Virus record (IMG/VR): IMGVR_UViG_3300014091_000001
Location: 1-64,000 of that record
Origin: a virus
Lineage: Duplodnaviria; Caudoviricetes
Strand: one strand, 5' to 3'
DNA: 64,000 nt
Shown: one piece after another, positions 56,754-64,000 of the stretch
Position numbering within the stretch: the first letter of the stretch is position 1
Layout of the letters: each line of letters begins with the position of its first letter
Translations under genes and position numbers: made by a program
The notes under the pieces: model-generated
Seen by the model: the letters and a program-made list of their open reading frames with translations, nothing else
Told to the model about the DNA's origin: nothing
The model's database searches: none

Positions 56754-57173
56754 ATGAATCGTCCAAAGGTTTTTGTTGCACTCGCTTTTCTCGCCTCTCC
56801 CTTAGCTGTTCATGCCACCAGCCATCCTGCATTTTTATTCGATTGTGGAAAATACAAAGTAACCGCATTCAAAGACATTCCGGCAGTCACGTTGAATGGC
56901 AGCAAGATGGATGATTACCAGCTGAAACAAAACAAACAGACGCCTGTTATCTCCTTTTCTGAATACGCAGCCGCTGGCGGCTCGCGCACAAATTACGAGT
57001 TGTGGGTTTTGTCTGAGGCCGGTGTCCCAGCGCTGGGGCATCAGTGGGTTAATGCCGACAACCGGCCGAAACATAAAACACAGGTCGAATTCTGTAAGCC
57101 GGTACAGGAAACCACGGCGGAAGAACCCGGCCAGTCAATGCTGGAAATGCTGGCAGAAGACGCTGCAGGGTGA
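56754..57173 (+). CDS. Secreted/periplasmic protein
   Basis: Sec signal peptide (VHA/), two Cys, SD AAGGA, terminator hairpin after. Confidence 0.7.
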   Translation: MNRPKVFVALAFLASPLAVHATSHPAFLFDCGKYKVTAFKDIPAVTLNGSKMDDYQLKQNKQTPVISFSEYAAAGGSRTNYELWVLSEAGVPALGHQWVNADNRPKHKTQVEFCKPVQETTAEEPGQSMLEMLAEDAAG

Positions 57174-57201
57174 AAAAAGAAAGCCCCTTGAAGGGGCTTT
57201 T

Positions 57202-57882
57202 TTATGCATTGGTCGTTGCGATTATTCGTCTTAGACGGGCCTTTTCAAACTCTTCCGCCAAAATCTCTACCGGAACGCCGGTAGCAGCGAATTTATCGAG
57301 GGCTGGCGCACGGAAGAAACAAGGTGCGTTCGCCAATCTTTCGGATGTGCTTTCGGTAGGCATAATATAATGCAATTCAGGCTCATCGCTGGCCCGTTCG
57401 CCGATATAAATCCAGGCATTCTGCCCGATGCCTTGCGCTTGAAGGAAAACCATTGATATGGCCAGCGGTAGCGACTGGTGTTGGTACTGGTGGAGCTGGT
57501 GGCCGTTAGTCATGATATCGCCCCTGGATGGCTGAGGGTTATTTTCCACATGCCACTCACCCAGCAAACTATCATGCTGGAATACTACCGGTGATATCAT
57601 CATCGGTGTAATTCGAAGCAGACTTTGCGAAAAGGCGCTATCTAACGCTGGTGACATTGCAGTGGCGTTAAGATCAGCAGACAAGGCCTCGATATCATGT
57701 TCATTATAATCTTCACGCGGCAACCAGTAACGCAACTCGCCACGAATCCATACGACTTCTCCCAGCATTAGCGACGGTTCGAAACCAGTCAGAGCCAGTA
57801 ACGCACGGTCAATATCCGGCTGGAGGATCTCCGCATCTAACACGGAAATGCTCATGTCCTTACAGATTTGATATTCCATCAC
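57202..57882 (-). CDS. Hypothetical protein
   Basis: Last gene of a coupled minus-strand operon. Confidence 0.65.
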   Translation of the reverse strand: MMEYQICKDMSISVLDAEILQPDIDRALLALTGFEPSLMLGEVVWIRGELRYWLPREDYNEHDIEALSADLNATAMSPALDSAFSQSLLRITPMMISPVVFQHDSLLGEWHVENNPQPSRGDIMTNGHQLHQYQHQSLPLAISMVFLQAQGIGQNAWIYIGERASDEPELHYIMPTESTSERLANAPCFFRAPALDKFAATGVPVEILAEEFEKARLRRIIATTNA

Positions 57883-58340
57883 TGAGCCTTTTGGGTGCGC
57901 TTCACATATTTCGTCGGAGTGGCGGCTTTTACGGGCTCTACATCACTATTGCCATCAATGAGCGTCGGGATAGTAACCGCTTCCAACATTCCGTGCGCTA
58001 CGATCATGCCTGGCTGTGGCTCAAAACTTTTACCGCCATTATCGACCACCAGCCGGAGGATAACTTCATTTTTATCGCCAGGAAGGACCACGGCTACACC
58101 CTCCGCCAGGCGGGCCAGATGATCTCTGGCAAGGGAAGGGGCCGTGTAGAGTTTCAGGACATGGCCGTCCGGCACATCGAAAGCGAGGCCTGTATGGAGG
58201 AAGTAGGCCTTTCCGGGCTTCTCATTAGCGCGCAGCGTTACATGGATTTGTGCATCCATTACCGGGATCTGAATAGCCGCGCCGCTCATTTTCGGCATGG
58301 TCACGCTGTCATTAAGTCTGATTACGGTTAGGGAAGTCAT
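57879..58340 (-). CDS. dUTPase-fold protein with degenerate catalytic motifs
   Basis: V.RL....MP...; HTGLAFDVPDGH.LKL; GV.V; PG..VAH; lacks the RSG, D..YRGE and GFGSTG motifs. Confidence 0.65.
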   Translation of the reverse strand: MTSLTVIRLNDSVTMPKMSGAAIQIPVMDAQIHVTLRANEKPGKAYFLHTGLAFDVPDGHVLKLYTAPSLARDHLARLAEGVAVVLPGDKNEVILRLVVDNGGKSFEPQPGMIVAHGMLEAVTIPTLIDGNSDVEPVKAATPTKYVKRTQKAQ

Positions 58341-58807
58341 TTGGAGGACGCCTCCTGGCGTTTAAATTTGTAATAGCGGCGAACCGCCGTGCGGGGCTTG
58401 CTTTCGAAGGATTCCAGTAACCCGCGCTCGATAAGACGCCGGGCGGCCTTCAAAAATACAGTGCGTGAAACCGGCACATCGTTGGCCGTGATCTCGATGT
58501 GGGTGTTTAGCTTTTCCATGATCTGTATTTCTATTTTGCTCAACCGATGTGGCGTCATAGGCGCGATGAGAGATGGTTTCATGCGTAGCTGATAAAATTG
58601 CTGACCGGTGCATTCCAGTATTTCATTCTCCACCAGCCCTTCCAGGGCTTTGCGAATGCTGAGTGTGGACGCGCCAGGCATCATCGCGGTAAAGGTACGA
58701 CGGGAAACGTTTTTGCGAGATTGGGTCAGGAAGATATCGATGATTCGCGCCGCTTCCGATGGATAAAGCGATGCATATATCTGTAATTGTGGGAACACGC
58801 TTTTCAA
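58337..58807 (-). CDS. Tandem winged-HTH protein
   Basis: SIRKALEGLVENEIL and FLKAARRLIERGLL wHTH-like segments. Confidence 0.6.
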   Translation of the reverse strand: MKSVFPQLQIYASLYPSEAARIIDIFLTQSRKNVSRRTFTAMMPGASTLSIRKALEGLVENEILECTGQQFYQLRMKPSLIAPMTPHRLSKIEIQIMEKLNTHIEITANDVPVSRTVFLKAARRLIERGLLESFESKPRTAVRRYYKFKRQEASSK

Positions 58808-58886
58808 TTTGTTATCCTGTATGTGGCTTTTTCAGAGCCAAATCGCACTGAGTAGGGGGGTGGCATATGCTGCCCCCTTATTCTTT

Positions 58887-59342
58887 TTAATCCTGGGACC
58901 ATCGCTCGCCGGTATCGACGCATACCATGCCGTGACAAACACGCCCCTGGTCAAGGCGAAACGCCAGCCCGCCATGCTTCATACGCTGACGTGCAAATTT
59001 AAGGCCGCTCAGATAAGCCAGTGGCATAGGCGAATCACTTACACCATCCTCTTCACATACGCCGTCCTCTGCATCGTTAACGCCGCGTGAGAATTCATTG
59101 AGGACTTCGCGCCGATCATCAAAGCGGATAACCTCGCCGTATTCCTCGTCCCGGCAGTATTCGATTACGCCTTGTTTAACAAGCGTGGCGACGGTGCGGG
59201 CATGCATAAAGATTTCAGGTCCAAAATAAACGCCTCTTGATGAATCGACATAGGAGCTGTTGCTGTAACCAATAGGGTTATGGATATCGTGAGCGCTGGC
59301 GACGGCCACAAACAGGCGGGCCAGATTGTTGGTGAGGGACAC
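58887..59342 (-). CDS. Hypothetical protein
   Basis: GTG after SD GGAGG at the end of the previous gene. Confidence 0.6.
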   Translation of the reverse strand: MSLTNNLARLFVAVASAHDIHNPIGYSNSSYVDSSRGVYFGPEIFMHARTVATLVKQGVIEYCRDEEYGEVIRFDDRREVLNEFSRGVNDAEDGVCEEDGVSDSPMPLAYLSGLKFARQRMKHGGLAFRLDQGRVCHGMVCVDTGERWSQD

Positions 59343-59346
59343 GGTA

Positions 59347-59667
59347 TTACCTCCGCTTATGCCGCAGGCCATAATCGGTACGGGCAGGGCCGGTAAATAC
59401 GGCATCCACCAGCGTAACGACGCCTGAATGTTCACGCCGGTAGTAATCCAGCAGCTTACGGGCGGCTTTTTCAGTTAACTGATCGACATACAGGCATGCA
59501 GCCTGGGGATCGGGATAGTCTTTTTCGAGTGTCAGGAGGGGAACAATGTCGGAAAGGGTACTGACGCCAAAGACGACAACTGGCATACCGCGCTTATAGC
59601 CTGCGGCAAACGAGATTTTGTGGTCGTCAATAACAAACTGCTTGTGGGTCAGAATCGAACCGGACAT
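59347..59667 (-). CDS. Hypothetical protein
   Basis: SD GGAGG; operator-like motif upstream at 59725. Confidence 0.65.
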   Translation of the reverse strand: MSGSILTHKQFVIDDHKISFAAGYKRGMPVVVFGVSTLSDIVPLLTLEKDYPDPQAACLYVDQLTEKAARKLLDYYRREHSGVVTLVDAVFTGPARTDYGLRHKRR

Positions 59668-59744
59668 TGTGCCTCCTGTCCGGTTAATTCTGACCTAATG
59701 ATAAAGCGTATTCAAATAAAAAAGCCTTAGAATGTCGCTTATTA

Positions 59745-60773
59745 TCACTTTTCCATAATGTCAGACATAGCACTGTTTTTGTTTTTCAGCTTGCGCAGGT
59801 ATCGCATGACTGTCTCAGGCTTTGCCCAAGTTCCTTCGTGCATGATTTGCGTCATGCTAACGTCACGCTCCGCCATATCCTGCGCGGCGCCGACACGGGC
59901 ACTATGCCCGGACCACATAACGTAACGACCTTTATTGGCCGGTTCATCGGATTTCCCCAACAAACGCCATGTATCCTGGAAGATTTTTTCCATTGCAGGT
60001 GTGGACATTGGCTTTTCTGTAACGGTCACGGTGCCATTTTTACGCACAGCAGAAAAAACAACGGCGTCTGGATGTTCGTAAAGCCCCGAAACTTTCAGCC
60101 ACTGACGTAAAACCCGGCTTGCTGGCAAGCTGAGGTGCTTAATAACACCCGCTGCCGTGAGTACCGTTTTCGTATGGGTTAGCTCCAGTATTACCCGTTC
60201 GTCATTAACGCTCACGTCTTTAACCCGGATACGTGCAATCTCCTGAATCCGTAGCAACGTGTTATACGCCACAAAGAGGAAAGCGCGGTTGCGCAGGTCA
60301 GCCATACGATCAGACTGCCCAAGGATGTGGCTCGCGATCTGCAAGTCAGTGAACCGGAACGGTACGGCCTGGCCGGTTTTCTCTCCACCCATTACAGAGC
60401 GGCGGCGAATCTTTTTAAGCGCCAGCAGCACTTCATTGCTGTTCTTCAGATCCGGCAGGCCTGATATGCGCATCAGCATATTCAGCATGGCGTAGTGCGT
60501 GTCTATCGAGCTGGACGCCGCGCCGGTTTCATGGAGGTGGATAAAGTAAGCGCGGGCGTGAGACGGGACCACCGGCAACGCGGGAATTTTCTGTTGCGCG
60601 CACCAGGCGGACCACGACCGGATAACCACCATCAACTTTTTGAACGTGTTTTCAGAATAGGCGTCGCGATCCGCCATGAAAGCACGTAGATTTCTTTCCA
60701 CCTCGCCGGGGGTCAGGCCAGTAAGTGCAGGCAGGCCAGAATCACCTTTTCCAGATACTGTCATTTCATCCAT
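59745..60773 (-). CDS. cre: Cre-family tyrosine recombinase, Dre-like
   Basis: 342 aa; LRNRAFLFVAYNTLLR (R), HTKT (K), GHSARVGAA (H..R), GTW (W), VMRY (Y); many segments shared with recalled D6 Dre. Confidence 0.93.
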   Translation of the reverse strand: MDEMTVSGKGDSGLPALTGLTPGEVERNLRAFMADRDAYSENTFKKLMVVIRSWSAWCAQQKIPALPVVPSHARAYFIHLHETGAASSSIDTHYAMLNMLMRISGLPDLKNSNEVLLALKKIRRRSVMGGEKTGQAVPFRFTDLQIASHILGQSDRMADLRNRAFLFVAYNTLLRIQEIARIRVKDVSVNDERVILELTHTKTVLTAAGVIKHLSLPASRVLRQWLKVSGLYEHPDAVVFSAVRKNGTVTVTEKPMSTPAMEKIFQDTWRLLGKSDEPANKGRYVMWSGHSARVGAAQDMAERDVSMTQIMHEGTWAKPETVMRYLRKLKNKNSAMSDIMEK

Positions 60774-60889
60774 AAATCACCAAAATTCTAAGGAATGTTG
60801 CGCTACGCGAATTCTGAGTAAAACTCAGTGGTGTAACGCTCGATTTTTCATGCAGCATAAAAATGATCAATTTCACTTGATAATACCCC

Positions 60890-60923
60890 ATAACTTTAGA
60901 TAATGCCTATTATCTAAACCTAA
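60890..60923. other. lox/rox-like 34-bp recombination site
   Basis: ATAACTTTAGATA-ATGCCTAT-TATCTAAACCTAA, 117 bp upstream of the recombinase; 27/32 identical to recalled rox. Confidence 0.85.
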
Positions 60924-61170
60924 TGATTTGGGTAAATTGTCTGAAAAGAGAGTGCGGTTAATTGACGAGAAATTCTAAAGGCTTTTGAATATACATCTAT
61001 CAAGCATAAGATGTACCATAGCTGTAAGCGCAGACTGACGAAAAAACAATCGCCTGACGCCTTACCAGACACACACGAGTACCGGTGTCACGTTGGCTTA
61101 CAAAGAATCTTACTTAAAATTCTAAGGGTATTGTAAGTTACGCTACACCAGAAAACGAAGGAGCGCCGCA

Positions 61171-62205
61171 ATGCCGGTATTTGACGATGCAATGTTTGAA
61201 CATCAGTACAAGGAGTTTTTAAAAGTAAAAACTGACTGGCTTGAGCTGGTGGGTTCGCTTGCCGTACATCACAGCAAAAATTCCCGGGATGAGTTAATTC
61301 GCCCGGTCGCATTTTCTAACGATGAAAGTGACTTTTATCGTGCTATTGATTTACATATTAGATGGAAAAAATTTGCTGAAATGGCCGATGAGCGACGCAA
61401 GAAAAAAAGCATTGCGATCCCAGCGTCCTTATATTCACCCGTTCCGTTAATGGTTATTGAACCAGAACGGTTTGGGTTGACGACGTTTAATGCCACCACG
61501 ACGACGACTAATACGCGTGAGGACATTTTGCAGCGTTATGAAAAGCAAAAATTAAAACTAAAGAAAATCCCATACACAGCTGACAGTATTAAAGCCCTGG
61601 ATGAGGAAGCGGCATGGTTTGCCGCCCTGCCAGAAGGTAGGCTTTTCCGTTGCCGCACCAGCGGCTATGAGGACACGATCGCAGAGATAATTTTTAAAGG
61701 AGAGCAAGAGTCCCATAAAACCCGTTACGGGGTTCATGGCGTTTTTGTTTATCATCCTAACTGGACTAAAGAAAACATTATTATTCAGGAAGGTCCATCC
61801 ATTGAATATTCGGGAAAGTACGATTTAATTTCACCCGTGAAATGCTCACTTTTCCCTGGCAGCAAACTTTATGATATCGAAGATATAAATATTGCGGACA
61901 AAAAGGCGCAACAAAGAGCGATTGTGGACCAGGCAATTCATGCCCGACGCTATAACTTCGAACGCCGGGCTAAATCACGCATGATCCGCGCTGAAACTCA
62001 GGAAAAGGCTGAAATTGTTGCAGGTCAGATCGAACAAGACCGGCAGAACATGATGAGACTCAACGAAATGGACCTGCAACTACTGGATAGAAAATTTGCG
62101 TCCGGTAATCTGAATGTGCTCAAAATGACTGAATTACGCGAAATGTACGGCGAAAAGCAGTCCCGCAGAGGAAAGAAATTCAAAGAGCTGGCTCAACGCG
62201 GCTAA
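61171..62205 (+). CDS. c1: C1-like primary immunity repressor
   Basis: Between lox and pacB, converging on pacB as in P1; Y.EF, RPV, LY.PVP, FR.R..GY..T, GVF, KY..I.P..C..FP..KLY.I.DI motifs; extra C-terminal extension. Confidence 0.75.
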   Translation: MPVFDDAMFEHQYKEFLKVKTDWLELVGSLAVHHSKNSRDELIRPVAFSNDESDFYRAIDLHIRWKKFAEMADERRKKKSIAIPASLYSPVPLMVIEPERFGLTTFNATTTTTNTREDILQRYEKQKLKLKKIPYTADSIKALDEEAAWFAALPEGRLFRCRTSGYEDTIAEIIFKGEQESHKTRYGVHGVFVYHPNWTKENIIIQEGPSIEYSGKYDLISPVKCSLFPGSKLYDIEDINIADKKAQQRAIVDQAIHARRYNFERRAKSRMIRAETQEKAEIVAGQIEQDRQNMMRLNEMDLQLLDRKFASGNLNVLKMTELREMYGEKQSRRGKKFKELAQRG

Positions 62206-62235
62206 CCTTCAACGGGGCATCTAATGCCCCGTCCA

Positions 62236-63756
62236 TCAGTCCACCAGACTATCAAACTGTTCCAGCTCCGCCAGCGCGTCCGCGCGCTTCTCACCCATTT
62301 CAAGACCGGTTTCTTCATCAGCTGGCCGGTATGGCATTATCATTTGAAAGCAGTAGGTGTCCCAGCGGTCAGGAGACTTAATATTCAGCTTGGATCGCAT
62401 GTGCTCCTTTTTCATCATCGCTACGCGACCGTCTTCCGCTAACGCCCATGGTATTTTCGATGCCTGTTCAGCAGTTTTCTTTGAATTGTCCAGGCGCATT
62501 CTGCCACCCTGCACAGCGTCGCGCGCTGCGAAGTTCGCCCAGGCGCGCTGGTTGACGAATCGCTCTTTATCCTGGCGAGAGAAAAGTTTCTTGGGGTTCC
62601 CCCAACGGATGCGAACTACGTTAATACCGCGACGCTCCAGCTGATCTGCAGTGGCAGAACCTACGCCGTCAGCATCGACGCCAATTGTGATGTTAGGGAA
62701 TTTTGAGGGGACGCATTCGTTAGCAATGTAGTCGCCAAACTCAGTGGGGTTCATATTCCCGGGCATCTCAATGACACCGAAGGGGACGACACGCCGCTTG
62801 TCACGGTATCCGCTTACGCGAGAAATGTTCAGTACCGATTTATCGCGTCCGTTACCCACGTCAGCTGTAGCCACCCAGCCCCAGCCTTTTTCGACGTATA
62901 CGCGGCGGCGCTGAGCGCGCTCACAGGCATCCAGCCCCAGCAGAAATCCGTTAATCTCGCTGGGGAACTGGCCTAACACCTTGACCATGTACTCAACGGA
63001 ATCACGGCCGCCATACTCGGCTAACTTCATAATGATAAAGTCGAGGGTTACGAACGGCGACTCTTCGGAGTTCAGAACAATGCTTGTCCAGATACCGTTA
63101 GGGTTACTCGGTGTTTTAGCGAGAGAATGATGCGAGTCGTAAAAATAGCCACTCGGCCGCGTCGGCTGCGAGAGCATCAGCATCCTGTTATCTTTCTCGG
63201 TCAGAGCGCCGGTCATTATGCCGATCGCTTTGTCGCTAATACCCGATGCCTCATCGAGAATCAGTAACAGATGTTTGGCATGCTCACCCGCTAACGATTC
63301 TTCATTACCCAGGCGATAACCCTTGCAGAGCACTTCCCATATGCCTTTACGGGTCCGCTCATAAAACATGGTATCCGTTAGGACAAAATGGTTTTGCAAC
63401 CATGGATGCCGTTTTATTGCGTTGGTCCAGAACTGTTTGACGTATTTGAAAACGCCGGTTTTTACCTGCGAAATTTTGTTAGCGACAATTACAACGCGCG
63501 CATCAGGATACAGGATGATAAAGATCATCAGCATCATGGCCGTCAGGGAGGATTTCCCGGTACCGTGGCCGGATGTGACCGTAGTCCTGCTACCTATTTG
63601 CTGTACTGATTCAAGTATCTCGTCCTGTTGCCAGCTTGGCTCCATACCAAACAGCTCGACAACGGCCAAACCCCAATCATGGCGATACCGGATCACCATA
63701 TCGCGCCAGCGCGGGTCTTTCGTTACGCACTTTAGCTTCTTTTTGCCGGATGCCAT
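62236..63756 (-). CDS. pacB: Terminase large subunit PacB
   Basis: SGHGTGKS Walker A, LILDEA, DVG.G.DKS, SPDRWD. Confidence 0.95.
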   Translation of the reverse strand: MASGKKKLKCVTKDPRWRDMVIRYRHDWGLAVVELFGMEPSWQQDEILESVQQIGSRTTVTSGHGTGKSSLTAMMLMIFIILYPDARVVIVANKISQVKTGVFKYVKQFWTNAIKRHPWLQNHFVLTDTMFYERTRKGIWEVLCKGYRLGNEESLAGEHAKHLLLILDEASGISDKAIGIMTGALTEKDNRMLMLSQPTRPSGYFYDSHHSLAKTPSNPNGIWTSIVLNSEESPFVTLDFIIMKLAEYGGRDSVEYMVKVLGQFPSEINGFLLGLDACERAQRRRVYVEKGWGWVATADVGNGRDKSVLNISRVSGYRDKRRVVPFGVIEMPGNMNPTEFGDYIANECVPSKFPNITIGVDADGVGSATADQLERRGINVVRIRWGNPKKLFSRQDKERFVNQRAWANFAARDAVQGGRMRLDNSKKTAEQASKIPWALAEDGRVAMMKKEHMRSKLNIKSPDRWDTYCFQMIMPYRPADEETGLEMGEKRADALAELEQFDSLVD

Positions 63757-64000
63757 TACTCATCCTCCGGCTGTTCAATAGGGATCTCATCCTCATCACC
63801 GTATAAATCTGCGGTGGCCTCATAATCGATATCGAGGCTTTCATGATTGGACTCAAACTCCCCTTCACGGCGCGCCCCTTCCTGAGAAATATCACCATAA
63901 CCCCGCTCATCCACGATGCGCGCTACGGCCTCGCGCTTTTCTTGTATAAGCGCTTCACGATTGGCCTGGCGGGCGCGGTACCGGCGCGCCTCTTCTTCAA
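63756..64000 (-). CDS. pacA: Terminase small subunit PacA, C-terminal fragment (5' part outside window)
   Basis: ...REAVARIVDERGYGDI...LYGDEDE; stop overlaps the pacB ATG. Confidence 0.8.
   Translation of the reverse strand, partial: EEEARRYRARQANREALIQEKREAVARIVDERGYGDISQEGARREGEFESNHESLDIDYEATADLYGDEDEIPIEQPEDE

Noticed and set aside
61011-61136. 41-aa ORF between the lox-like site and c1 as a coi homologue
   Set aside because: Basic rather than strongly acidic, no clear SD, and it overlaps an operator-like motif.

Overview
This window is about two-thirds of a P1/D6-like (Punavirus-type) temperate phage-plasmid from an enterobacterial host. It contains the dar antirestriction operon (hdf-darA-ddrA-ddrB-hxr) and a dispersed lysis system (LydA/LydB, an NlpC/P60-type endolysin and a spanin-like pair). 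It carries a full contractile-tail and head module (S, R, 16, bplA, pmgA, sit, pmgB, tub, pmgC, bplB, pmgG, 21, 22, 23, upfB/C, 5, 6, 24, 7, 25, 26) and an iteron replicon (oriR plus repA). Also present are SOS-regulated umuDC, a RelE/XRE toxin-antitoxin pair, a type Ib ParA/RHH partition pair, three orphan DNA methyltransferase genes, rdgC, ref, a long early operon of small genes, a Dre-like recombinase, a C1-like repressor and pacB/pacA. Family assignments come from my recall of P1/D6 proteins and conserved motifs, not from database searches. The most notable things the ORF track does not explain are: (1) a 34-bp rox-like recombination site next to the Dre-like recombinase, with a symmetric arm substitution; (2) a C4/CI-type antisense-RNA cloverleaf with its upstream target, sitting in front of a DUF2829/Tad2-like (anti-Thoeris sponge-like) ORF rather than an antirepressor; (3) four dispersed arrays of a degenerate 8-bp repeat, one at the parA promoter, suggesting a multi-centromere partition system; (4) a phage-specific late-promoter motif AAAnYACAnA-N5-TAnnnT before eight virion/lysis genes; (5) a repeated ATTCTAAGG operator-like motif at early promoters; (6) an AT-rich single-gene nuclease defence candidate after repA; (7) a stand-alone CapW/BrxR-like wHTH, a pseudo-dUTPase, and a hidden 45-aa tail-chaperone ORF that may be reached by frameshifting. 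No CRISPR array, tRNA, rRNA or IS element was recognised.
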